Source: an uncultured Chloroflexia bacterium (GTDB lineage Bacteria; Chloroflexota; UBA6077; JACCZL01). From it: a stretch of 64,000 bases of DNA. The position numbers were made by a program, and so were the translations under genes. The notes beneath the pieces are model-generated. The model worked only from the letters and a program-made list of their open reading frames with translations, was not told the DNA's origin and made no database searches. The DNA lies in the NCBI GenBank assembly GCA_963765765.1, contig CAVXYC010000023.1, positions 192,001 to 256,000 of the forward strand. Reading direction: 5' to 3'. This document shows positions 1 through 8,884 of this stretch, one piece after another. Position 1 is the first letter of the stretch. Every line of letters begins with the position of its first letter.

Positions 1-408
1 TGTCACGAAGGGAGCTGATGGTTTCCTCCAGCTGCCCCAGGCGGTTCGCCGGGAGATATTCTGCTCGTTCCAGACGATCGTGGTCTGATATTCCCAACCG
101 GCGTTTCGGAACGCTTTTACATAATCGGCGTAGACTGCCCTCTTCCCGCCTTTATTGGTATCGAGGGGGATGTTGATACAGGCCCGTCCCCCAGTGGTAG
201 AGACGCGCAGTAAGCTGGCGGCCCAATCTTCAATCCACTTTAGGTAGGCGTGGTAGGGCACGTCATCTCGATAGCCGTTGTAGGACATGTCGAGGTTGTA
301 TGGCGGCGATGTCACCGTGAGGTCGACCGACTCATCATCAATGAATTGCAGATGCGTGGAGTCGGCGTTATAGATGGTGACCAATTCGTCTCGGAAATAG
401 GGCTCCAC
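1..408 (-). CDS. N4-cytosine/N6-adenine DNA methyltransferase (beta-class), 3' end runs off the window
   Basis: Manual translation from GTG at 408: VEPYFRDELVTIYNADSTHLQFIDDESVDLTVTSPPYNLD...GGRACINIPLD...TIVWNEQNISRRTAWGSW; catalytic SPPY motif near the N-terminus. Not in the ORF track. Confidence 0.88.
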   Translation of the reverse strand, partial: MEPYFRDELVTIYNADSTHLQFIDDESVDLTVTSPPYNLDMSYNGYRDDVPYHAYLKWIEDWAASLLRVSTTGGRACINIPLDTNKGGKRAVYADYVKAFRNAGWEYQTTIVWNEQNISRRTAWGSWRKPSAPFVT

Positions 409-509
409 AGGTCCATCCGCTTCAAGTGTCGGACTATTGTAGTGCCCTGGCGTCTGGATCTCCCGCGCCTGTGGAGCACAGTCTCGAGACGCAGCTTCTG
501 GAGCGGTGA

Positions 510-749
510 TCATTCGAGCGGTAAACCCAAAATCCGACGCGCAATCGTCCGCATACCGAGTTCTACGCAGTCGCGGTAGGTTGAGTACGTCGCGAAGTTG
601 ACGAGCTGTTTTGTCTCTGAACACTCAAAGGTCTCCGGGTCAGACCTAAGGTCAGTGAGGCGCTGGAGGCGCTCGATGTAGACGCATCGCAGCAAGTCAT
701 CCGATGTGCTCGAGCCCGAGGTGCCTGTCTCCGAGTAACGACTGTCCAT
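510..749 (-). CDS. Small hypothetical protein
   Basis: ATG at 749; helical-looking 79 aa (YIERLQRL...ATYSTYRDCVELG); co-oriented with its neighbours. Confidence 0.5.
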   Translation of the reverse strand: MDSRYSETGTSGSSTSDDLLRCVYIERLQRLTDLRSDPETFECSETKQLVNFATYSTYRDCVELGMRTIARRILGLPLE

Positions 750-1007
750 GGTCACCCTCCCGAAACGTCGCCAATGGTGAAACCACACGCACCCCCATTA
801 TAGAACTAGTGTTCTACATAAATGTCGCCGCGGCTTGGCTGCTGCCGTTGCATGGTTGTCGGTGTCGCGAAATGGAGATTGGGCGACATTAGTCGCTTAC
901 TGACTCCAAGCGACAGTCTTCGGTAGCCGTACATCAACCGGGGATATTGACGAGCCATTCCCAATCGGACGTTTTCGGACGCTACTGAACGGTGAAGCCG
1001 ACCTCGA

Positions 1008-2402
1008 TCATTTCGGTATTCGATTCGCAACGACTTTGCCGAGCTCACTGGTCAGGGCTTGCTCGAACTCCTCAGTAATGTCGTCCGCTCCACTCCGCGC
1101 GTGGGCGACCTCGTGGAGCAATGTCCCCGCATAGGTTGCCAGGTCGGCCAGTTGAGACCGTTTGACAATGATTCGCTGCTCGATTGGATCCCATACGCCC
1201 ACGGCCTCGTTGTAGCCGTGGTTCTGGAGCCGCATCGTCTCGGAAATCAGGACATCGCGAACGACTTGGGGTTTGCCTCCGGCGAGGGACAGGATTTCCC
1301 GGGTTCGATCCCACACTGCCCGCTCGGCGTCGGACAGCTGCTCAATCGGCACCAGAGCATACTGAAAACTCTGCTGCCACTCCTCGCGGTACTGTCCCAA
1401 GTCTCGTATCGGCTGACCACTCATATCGGTGAGACTCGGTAGCTTCGCCCGGATCGTGTCTGGGACCACAACCACACGATAACCATCCTCTTGTGCTCGA
1501 TCCACGAAGGTTCGGGCACTCCAGAGTTCCATCGACGTAAGGAAGATGACACGCTGGCTCGAGTTCAGAATGGTGCACGCGTGCAGCGCCACGTCTTGCC
1601 ACTGCAACTCATCGTGCCACTTTCCTGTTTGAAATCGCTGCAGGTCTTCTGCGAGCAGATTGACCACGTTCTCCGCTTGACTTCCTAGGAGAATTGACTT
1701 GACTCGGTCGGTGTAGGCGGACCGACCAACATGGGTGCGCTCGCGGTTCAACGCCTGACGCAGGCTCTTCGTCGGCGAAGTGATGTTGTAAGAGAACAGG
1801 AAATTGGGCTCTTCGGCAACTCTGAGGCCATTCACGTAGATCCGGGCGTTGCGCTTTTCTCTCTTGAGCACCTGGCCGAACGACGTCTCTTCCAAGACGA
1901 TGTCGCCGGAGTAGTGGAGGAAGAGATCCTTGGCATCTTCGACGGCCTGGTCCTTGACGCCATCAAGAACGACGTCCGTTCCGACCATTTCTGGCTCGCT
2001 GGGTCCACCAATCAACGCGTGCAGCGTCGCCAAGTCATCGAAACCATGCTTCCGCTCCTTGCCGATCGAGATGTCTCCATGGCGGGAATGAAGTACGACT
2101 CGCACGCGGTGCCGGTGAAACGTTGCGAGTGCATCCTTGAGCCCCACCCCGAACTTCCCGATTACACGTTCGGGATGGGCGAGTTTCTCGCGGTTCTCGT
2201 TCTGAGTTAGATGCTCATAACGGATCCCTCGGCCCCAGTCGCGGATGTGCCAGCTTCCTTCTTCTTTGTAGATCGCTGGTTCCGTCGTCACGGTCAGCGC
2301 TTGCTCATCTAAAGCATTGGCGACGACCTCGCGGATGGCGTGCGCCACCGTCCACTGTTCAAGCACCCGCTCGATGTTGAGATCGAATTTCCGTGTCTCC
2401 AT
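1008..2402 (-). CDS. GHKL (HATPase_c-type) ATP-binding protein with C-terminal HExxH zincin-like motif
   Basis: N-box REVVANALD, G1 IRDWGRG, G2 GKFGVGLK, GTDV; C-terminal LLHEVAH; likely start METRKFDLN at 2402. Confidence 0.8.
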   Translation of the reverse strand: METRKFDLNIERVLEQWTVAHAIREVVANALDEQALTVTTEPAIYKEEGSWHIRDWGRGIRYEHLTQNENREKLAHPERVIGKFGVGLKDALATFHRHRVRVVLHSRHGDISIGKERKHGFDDLATLHALIGGPSEPEMVGTDVVLDGVKDQAVEDAKDLFLHYSGDIVLEETSFGQVLKREKRNARIYVNGLRVAEEPNFLFSYNITSPTKSLRQALNRERTHVGRSAYTDRVKSILLGSQAENVVNLLAEDLQRFQTGKWHDELQWQDVALHACTILNSSQRVIFLTSMELWSARTFVDRAQEDGYRVVVVPDTIRAKLPSLTDMSGQPIRDLGQYREEWQQSFQYALVPIEQLSDAERAVWDRTREILSLAGGKPQVVRDVLISETMRLQNHGYNEAVGVWDPIEQRIIVKRSQLADLATYAGTLLHEVAHARSGADDITEEFEQALTSELGKVVANRIPK

Positions 2403-2703
2403 CGTTGGCAAACCCAGTGGCACCATGCCAGCGGCGAATTGGGAATCGGATTTCGCCTATTATCGTCCCGGTTGCATCGACAGCCCGGGCCGTTGGATAT
2501 CGAGGAGCTTATCTCGTTACACGACGCCGCGGCTCGCTGCGGGATCAGTGCCACTCAGCTCCGTAGTGCATACCGCCTCACTCAGACCGGGATGGCGGCT
2601 TCCGTGTCTGGAGTCCTATGGTTATTTCGCGGCGCAGGTTTAAGGGACACGGATCTTTCCACGCCCTGCCCGTTCGATAATCCCCATTATCAGAACGGGC
2701 GCC

Positions 2704-3765
2704 TCATGAGTACCGACGCTTTTTTGCGGCCAGCATGCCCGCAATGGCGGCTTCGGCCAACGGGGCGGCAGCCTCCTCCGGCATAGGAGAGACGGAGCTG
2801 ACGTTGATCTCGCAGAGCACGTATGTATCTTCACCTGTATCGGTCTTCGGGCCCAGCAAGAAGTCCGCGTCCCAGATCACCGGCAGCGATTCCCGTTCGA
2901 TCCCGAGGGCGCTCTGCATCTGAGCTACCCAGCCGCTCTCGAGTAACTCCTTGAGCCGCTGAAACTCTGGCTTCGCGGGTCCGTAGTACAGGCGTGGTGA
3001 TGAGGCGGGAGCAGCGACCTCTCCGGACGGAGGGGGGAGCAACGCCGTGACAAACTGCTGCCCAAATCCAACCACTCGGTCGCAGGAGAGATAGCAGCGG
3101 ATCATCCCGTCCTCCAGCCGCGACTGGTATGGCTGGTCGATCATGTGGCCGTCGTCTTCAAAGTACTGACGACATACGTCGAGGAGCTCGCTGAAATGCA
3201 TCTGATCCACCCGGCTGCCGCGCGTCCCATGCTGAACACGGACGATCGTCTCATCCCCTGTCAACGCATCGTTTACCAGCTCCACCTTCCAAACACCGTT
3301 TCCGCCGTTTCCTCGGTGCTGTTTCAACACGCGCGCTCCGCTGGAGCGGAGCCGGTCGGGGAGCTGCTGGCCAAGCTGATCCAGGCTCCGGTAGAGGTGC
3401 GTGTCCGTGCCCCAGGCGAGGTGGCGGGTGTCATACAAGACGTCTTTCGTCCCCATCTTCAGGATGACGTCCGGGTGGGCGCTCACGAAAACCCCTCGTG
3501 AAGCGAGCTCGCGCAACATCGGATCCAGCACTGATCGGTCGCGTCCGTCATCGATGGGATTGACCCAGACGAGAACGGCATCCAACTCGAGCAGCCGCTC
3601 ACGGATAGCGTTAACCGCATCCTCCGCGAAATGGACGAGCTCTACATCCACGCCCTGCGAAACAAGCGCCTCGTAAATCGCCCCGAACCTCGTCTCGGCG
3701 AGCCTGGGCATTACCTGGGTGGGATCGCCGCGTTCGAGGATCCCGATTCGACCGATCTCGTTCAT
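2704..3765 (-). CDS. Cj0069-family ATP-grasp protein
   Basis: VSAHPDVILKMGTKDVL, RVLKQHRGNGGNGVWKV, IWDADFLLGP...YVLCEINVSSV; likely start MNEIGR at 3765. Confidence 0.8.
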   Translation of the reverse strand: MNEIGRIGILERGDPTQVMPRLAETRFGAIYEALVSQGVDVELVHFAEDAVNAIRERLLELDAVLVWVNPIDDGRDRSVLDPMLRELASRGVFVSAHPDVILKMGTKDVLYDTRHLAWGTDTHLYRSLDQLGQQLPDRLRSSGARVLKQHRGNGGNGVWKVELVNDALTGDETIVRVQHGTRGSRVDQMHFSELLDVCRQYFEDDGHMIDQPYQSRLEDGMIRCYLSCDRVVGFGQQFVTALLPPPSGEVAAPASSPRLYYGPAKPEFQRLKELLESGWVAQMQSALGIERESLPVIWDADFLLGPKTDTGEDTYVLCEINVSSVSPMPEEAAAPLAEAAIAGMLAAKKRRYS

Positions 3766-3894
3766 TGTGAGCGCACCTCGGATTCGATTTCTCTTGCCAC
3801 CGGCTTGGCGGAGCGAACTGGCTCGTCGCTCTGGCGGGATGTCGATTCGCAGTGATTCCCCTGCTTTTCCCTTAGACTCGTCACTCAAGACTGC

Positions 3895-5115
3895 CTATGA
3901 GCTCTTGCCGAGCAGCGGCCACAGGATGAGCCCGACGATTCCCGCGCCAGCAACCAGCACCGGCTCCGTCAACTTGAATCGCCAGAGAAGACCGAGGCTC
4001 ACCACGGCGATCAGGGCCGTCGGCACATCGACGAGTGCCCGTTGCCCCAGTACGACAACGGCGCCGGCGATCGCCCCCGTCGCTGCCGCCGTCGCGCCGG
4101 AGACGAACGCTTTGAGCTGCGGATTCTCCCGATGCCTCCGAAACCACGGTGCCGGAATGATCGTGAAGAGGTAGACGGGCACGAAGATCCCGATGGACGC
4201 AGCCACCGCACCGGCGAATCCCGCCACCAGAAAGCCAATGAACGCCACCGTGATCACGACCGGTCCGGGCGTGACCATGGCCACGGCCACGGCGTCCAGG
4301 AACTGGTTCTCGGTCAGCCACCCGTACTGCTGAACAACGCCCTGGTTCAGGAACGGCACGATGGCCAGGCCGCTACCAAAAACGAACGCCCCGGCCTTGG
4401 TGAAAAACAGCAGGATCTGCGTCAGCTCATCGCCGCCGCGATCCAGCGCTGAGGCGTTGAGCACCAGGACGTTCGTCGCCCAGATCACGGCTGCAAGCAC
4501 GCCCGTACCGAGACCGATAACCAGCGCCTTTGCCCGCCCCGGCCAAGCGCACACCAGCAACGCTGCCAGTCCGGCCAGCAAGAAGATCTCGGCCAGCTCC
4601 GCCTGGGCCCAGATCGTGACGATGGCCAGAACCGCGAAGATGCCCCACAGCAACGGGTCGCGCTTGTTGGTGCTGCGTGCGAGTTTGTAGGCCGCGATGG
4701 CGATGATCGCGATCACCGCCGCGCCGATCCCGTAGAACAGCGCTTGCATCCACCAGAGCCCGCCATATGCCACATACAGCAGCGACAGGCCGATGACCAT
4801 GAAGAACGACGGTAGGATGAACGCCACCCCAACCAGCGTGGCGCCGAGGATGCCGGCCTGGAAGTAGCCAATGGCGATGGCGGTCTGTGCCGCGAGCGGT
4901 CCGGGCATGATCTGAGCAAGCGCCAACGCCAGCTTGTAGGTGTCCTCGTCCAGCGACTTCTCACGCTCCACCAGGTCACGGTGCATATAGCCGATCAGCG
5001 CCGGCGGGCCGCCGAAACCAATAGTCCCCAGCTTCAGGAAATACGCCACCAGCGGCCAGAGACGCCCGCGTGAGCTCGGGGCGGCGGCGCTTGAGACAGA
5101 GTGAACCGAATCCAT
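3895..5115 (-). CDS. chrA: Chromate efflux transporter (long-chain CHR)
   Basis: Two CHR halves: FLKLGTIGFGG...AQIMPGP and FTKAGAFVFGSG...AMVTPGP. Confidence 0.95.
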   Translation of the reverse strand: MDSVHSVSSAAAPSSRGRLWPLVAYFLKLGTIGFGGPPALIGYMHRDLVEREKSLDEDTYKLALALAQIMPGPLAAQTAIAIGYFQAGILGATLVGVAFILPSFFMVIGLSLLYVAYGGLWWMQALFYGIGAAVIAIIAIAAYKLARSTNKRDPLLWGIFAVLAIVTIWAQAELAEIFLLAGLAALLVCAWPGRAKALVIGLGTGVLAAVIWATNVLVLNASALDRGGDELTQILLFFTKAGAFVFGSGLAIVPFLNQGVVQQYGWLTENQFLDAVAVAMVTPGPVVITVAFIGFLVAGFAGAVAASIGIFVPVYLFTIIPAPWFRRHRENPQLKAFVSGATAAATGAIAGAVVVLGQRALVDVPTALIAVVSLGLLWRFKLTEPVLVAGAGIVGLILWPLLGKSS

Positions 5116-5140
5116 CGTCAGCTTCCTTTCTCAGAGCCGC

Positions 5141-5353
5141 TCATGTTTGATCGGCGCGGCTGAAGAATGCCCGCCAGATCCAGTACACGCCGGAGATTCC
5201 GATCAGGACGAACACGATATCGTCCATGGGGTCCCAGATGCGCTCCAGGAGCACATCTAGAATGTTCACGTCGGTCACGAAGTAGGCCCAGGAGAACGCC
5301 CCGATCAGCAGAAGGACGAACGCAATCCAGTCCGGCAGCGTCTTTGGTCGCAT
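5141..5353 (-). CDS. DUF378-like small membrane protein (copy 2)
   Basis: DWIAFVLLLIGAFSWAY...IVFVLIGISGVY, two TM helices. Confidence 0.75.
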   Translation of the reverse strand: MRPKTLPDWIAFVLLLIGAFSWAYFVTDVNILDVLLERIWDPMDDIVFVLIGISGVYWIWRAFFSRADQT

Positions 5354-5407
5354 GCAAGCCCCCTTCACATCGCCTCGGAGCCGGTTCGCCCGGCTTCCAT
5401 CGTCGGT

Positions 5408-5647
5408 TCACGGTAACCGTCTGGCGTCGGCGTTCCCCATTGCCTGGCACTGCCGCGGAAACACGCGCCGCAGCCAGTACACGCCCGAAACGGCGATCAG
5501 GACAAAGGCCAGGTCGTCCAACGGGTCCCACATACGCCCGAGAATTACTGTCAGGATGTTCACCTGCGTCGCGTAGTAGCCCCAGGCGAAAGCGCCAATC
5601 AGCAGGAACGCGAATGCAATCCAATCAAGGAGATTCTCAGGTCGCAT
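5408..5647 (-). CDS. DUF378-like small membrane protein (copy 1)
   Basis: DWIAFAFLLIGAFAWGY...LAFVLIAVSGVY; clear paralog of 5141-5353. Confidence 0.75.
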   Translation of the reverse strand: MRPENLLDWIAFAFLLIGAFAWGYYATQVNILTVILGRMWDPLDDLAFVLIAVSGVYWLRRVFPRQCQAMGNADARRLP

Positions 5648-5787
5648 TCCGGGTCGAGTACCCGACTGCAATGTGCTCCGGGCATGCAGGCCCGAGTTCT
5701 CCAAAATTGCTGAAACCGTCCCCACCGTCCGTACGTGACAGCCTGAGTGAGTCGCGCGGATACATCCGTTCCCCCATGCCTTTCGCG

Positions 5788-6207
5788 CTACGGTGTCTCG
5801 GCCGCGAGCTGCGCGTAGAGCGCCTCGTACACCATGCGACCTCGTTCAATTGCCTCCTGGTCATCACGACTAATTCGATGCAGGCCCAGACAGATAAGAT
5901 CCATACCTGGCGCAGCGGACTCAACCTGCACTTCAGAAGCTGTGTCGACCTCATCGATGATGCGTGCGATGCGCATCAGCACCGGGTCATCCAGACCGTA
6001 TTCCTCCAGGAATGTGCGGAATGACGCATGCCCCTTTCGATGGCTGAGTCGAACACCCGGCATGTCGAACGGTTCCGCGCCTTCCGGAAGCGCCTCCTGC
6101 GGCGCCCGGACAAAGAGGAACTCGGCGTCAGGATCAATGAACCGTCGGATGAGCCAGGCGCAGCCCATTCGGTCGATGCCTACATCGGCCCGCGTGACCC
6201 ACTTCAT
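5788..6207 (-). CDS. Chromate resistance protein, ChrB C-terminal domain (ChrF-like stand-alone)
   Basis: MKWVTRADVGIDRMGCAWLIRRFIDPDAEFLFV...PFDMPGVRLSH signature. Confidence 0.9.
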   Translation of the reverse strand: MKWVTRADVGIDRMGCAWLIRRFIDPDAEFLFVRAPQEALPEGAEPFDMPGVRLSHRKGHASFRTFLEEYGLDDPVLMRIARIIDEVDTASEVQVESAAPGMDLICLGLHRISRDDQEAIERGRMVYEALYAQLAAETP

Positions 6208-6654
6208 TGCTCCCCTCCTCGCTCGCCGACGAGCAGCGCGCGCACTCGTTCCCCCCGCTCCGAATGGAAAAAGTCCTGCTGGCGCACAAGCTGGTACCTG
6301 CGCGAGAGTACAGCGACGTCGGGCTCAGCCTCGGTCAGGGCCTGCGCGATCTCTGTGTAGAGCTCGTCCACCTGCGCCTTGAACTGCTCCGCCAGACGCT
6401 CGTCGTGCCCATCAACGCAGGGCGCGCCCTTCCAGAGCATGGCCTCACCGCCCAGCTCTTCAATCTCACCCACCAACCACTGCAGCTGCTCGAGTGTCCG
6501 GGGTGTGCGCCGGTAGCACCCAGGCCGAGTCGTGGAGCAGGATGGCGCCAAGCCGCTTCAGCTTCCGCCAAACGGCCACGCGGCCGGCAGTGGGTTTCGG
6601 CGGCACCCTATAGAGAAGCATCACCCACCGTCCCGCATCATTGCTTGTAACCAC
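6204..6654 (-). CDS. chrB: ChrB N-terminal (DNA-binding) domain protein, frameshift near 6510
   Basis: WVMLLYRVPPKPTAGRVAVWRKLKRLGAILLHDSAWVLP continues in another frame as TPRTLEQLQWLVGEIEELGGEA...QDFF; ATGA overlap with the next gene. Confidence 0.82.
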
Positions 6655-6666
6655 AGTTACATACTA
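6646..6666 (-). promoter_or_regulatory. Palindromic operator plus -10 box for the chr operon
   Basis: Perfect TGTAAC-CACA-GTTACA at 6646-6661 overlapping the GTG start; TAGTAT hexamer on the minus strand 6 nt upstream of the GTG. Confidence 0.6.
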
Positions 6667-6786
6667 CACAAGAGGGAGACCGAGTCTCCACCGCTTCAAG
6701 CTGAGCGCATATCCTGATTGCCAACTCGACTGCGGTGTGCCGTAGCCCGCCCCCAGCCTTCCCCTTAGATGCCGCAAGTAATGCGA

Positions 6787-6981
6787 TCACGGTCTACCGT
6801 GAATGCGCCAGATCCAATCCATCCCGTCCCGCGTAATGGTCCCGAATTCGGACGGAGGCGGTTTGGTTACCTGGTGGGAAAGCCATCCAATTGCGGCATC
6901 CGCCCCAAGCTGATTCCAGGCGATGAGCCCCACGAGCACCGAGACATAGGCTATTTTCACAACAGCCGTTTTCAGGTCCAT
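6787..6981 (-). CDS. Small single-TM hypothetical protein
   Basis: 64-aa ORF with hydrophobic IAYVSVLVGLIAW. Confidence 0.4.
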   Translation of the reverse strand: MDLKTAVVKIAYVSVLVGLIAWNQLGADAAIGWLSHQVTKPPPSEFGTITRDGMDWIWRIHGRP

Positions 6982-7053
6982 ACAGTTCTAAAACCATCAA
7001 TGCGTATGTAGTTCAATGCGCATCCTATTTAATGCCCATATATGCAATAGATA

Positions 7054-7069
7054 GAGCAGTTATTTGCTC
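7054..7069. promoter_or_regulatory. Possible ArsR/SmtB-type operator upstream of the CDF gene
   Basis: GAGCA-GTTATT-TGCTC inverted repeat in an AT-rich intergenic region about 100 nt before the CDF start. Confidence 0.4.
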
Positions 7070-7172
7070 ATTGTAGTAGGCTCGATTTACCTGCCAGTGA
7101 ACCGTCATTCGGTAATCATTTTAGAGTTGTCATGATAAACTCGCATTCAAGACGGCAAGCTGCGCGAGAGTC

Positions 7173-8327
7173 ATGGCTAACGATCACAGTCATTCCCATG
7201 GTGACCACGAGCACGATCACCGTATAGAGATCCGATCCGGCGGCTCCCGTCGTTCTGATGGCCAGACGCATGCGCGCACGCACTTCCCGCGGCGAACTGA
7301 CGTCGATCAACATCCACACGACCACGATCACACGGCGTCAACGGGCTTCCTTGGTGGATTTTTCCACGGTCATAGCCATGATGCCGCGGACAGTCTCGAC
7401 GACGCGCTCGCCGGTTCGGCGGAGGGCATTCGGACGGTCCAGATCTCGCTCGGTGTGTTGGGGCTCACTGCCCTCCTTCAGGTCATCGTCGTGGTCGTGA
7501 GCGGGTCGGTCGCCCTGTTCGCAGACACCATCCACAACGTGGCCGACGCCTCCACGGCGATTCCGCTCTGGCTGGCCTTCTCGCTCAGTCGTCGGCGTCC
7601 GACGGATCGATACACCTATGGATTTGGTCGAGCCGAAGACGTTGCGGGGGTCTTTGTGCTCTTGATGATCGCCGGGTCCGCCGGGGTGGCGGCATGGGAA
7701 TCGTTCCAGCGGCTCTTGCACCCCCAGGCGATCGACCACCTGGGTTGGGTCAGCGTTGCCGCGGTGATCGGCTGTATTGGCAATGAGGCGGTGGCCCGCT
7801 ATCGGATCCGCACCGGCGAGCGCATCGGCAGTGCCGCCCTCGTGGCCGACGGTTACCACGCCCGCACGGATGGGTTGACCTCCCTCGCCGTTCTCCTGGG
7901 TGCCATCGGTGTCTGGCTCGGCTTTCCCCAGGCGGATCCTCTCGTGGGTCTGGGAATCACGGTCGCAATTTTGTTGGTGCTGAAGGACGCGGCCCGCCAG
8001 ATCTGGCATCGCCTGATGGACGCGGTGGATCCGGCGCTGTTGCAACGAGCAAGACGCGCGGCCGAATCAGCGTCGGGCGTTGAGAGTGTTTCGGAGATCC
8101 GTGCCCGGTGGATCGGGCATACCATGCACGCGGAGGTGCTCTTGACCGCGGCAGGTAGTCTGCCCTTGAACCAGGCCCACGCGGTGGCCGAGCGCGCCCG
8201 CCATGCCATGCTGCACGCTGTCCCCAAGCTCAGTAGCGTGACGGTCCACGTCGACCCGCACACCCATGATGGGCGCGACCACCATGCCGAGCTCGCCCAC
8301 CACGACCACACGGCGACGCCTCGGTAA
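7173..8327 (+). CDS. Cation diffusion facilitator transporter with His-rich N- and C-termini
   Basis: SGSVALFADTIHNVAD, TYGFGRAED, ALVADGYHARTD, VHVDP; poly-His N-terminus. Confidence 0.93.
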   Translation: MANDHSHSHGDHEHDHRIEIRSGGSRRSDGQTHARTHFPRRTDVDQHPHDHDHTASTGFLGGFFHGHSHDAADSLDDALAGSAEGIRTVQISLGVLGLTALLQVIVVVVSGSVALFADTIHNVADASTAIPLWLAFSLSRRRPTDRYTYGFGRAEDVAGVFVLLMIAGSAGVAAWESFQRLLHPQAIDHLGWVSVAAVIGCIGNEAVARYRIRTGERIGSAALVADGYHARTDGLTSLAVLLGAIGVWLGFPQADPLVGLGITVAILLVLKDAARQIWHRLMDAVDPALLQRARRAAESASGVESVSEIRARWIGHTMHAEVLLTAAGSLPLNQAHAVAERARHAMLHAVPKLSSVTVHVDPHTHDGRDHHAELAHHDHTATPR

Positions 8328-8375
8328 CACGCCGCTCGTTCCATTGATACGCGGACGGAACCAAAGGACCACAGG

Positions 8376-8834
8376 ATGCAACTTGATCGAGCATCGCTCT
8401 TCGTTGGAGGCGTCATTGGCGCCATCATGACTCTGGTTGCGCTGAGTAGCGCAATGGGGGTCAAGCCCGCCGAGGCACAGCCGGACCTTGCGGACGCGGT
8501 GCAGCGGACCCAGGTGATCGCCGTGATTTACCAGTTGGATACCGCGGGGCTGCATGACATCGATGTCGATCTGACCGCGGGACACATCCCCGCCGGCGCG
8601 CTCGGCCAGGTCCGCCGCGCACGGATCGCTGCCCAGGCCACGAGCTGGCCACATGGCGTTCAGAGCGACGCCGCGGTATTGGTCGAGGCGATGCAGCGCC
8701 TGGAGGCCGGGCTACGCGATGAAGATGCGGCGAAGGCTCAGCCGTCGGCCAAAGAGGTTCACGACCTGGAGCACGATCTCTCCAACAAGGTCTATGCCTG
8801 GCTCAGCGGCGTGACGCCGAGCGGTTCTCACTAA
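8376..8834 (+). CDS. Exported helical protein with conserved His residues (paralog A)
   Basis: Signal peptide ending AEA-Q; YQLDTAGLHDID, AKEVHDLEH; paralog at 29213. Confidence 0.8.
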   Translation: MQLDRASLFVGGVIGAIMTLVALSSAMGVKPAEAQPDLADAVQRTQVIAVIYQLDTAGLHDIDVDLTAGHIPAGALGQVRRARIAAQATSWPHGVQSDAAVLVEAMQRLEAGLRDEDAAKAQPSAKEVHDLEHDLSNKVYAWLSGVTPSGSH

Positions 8835-8884
8835 AGAACCAGACCATTACCCTACGGCCTTCGGTCGAAATCAGGCTAAGTCCA

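Noticed and set aside
5167-6024. 285-aa + strand ORF and similar Arg/Pro-rich ORFs throughout
   Set aside because: Antisense or off-frame shadows of real genes in GC-rich DNA.
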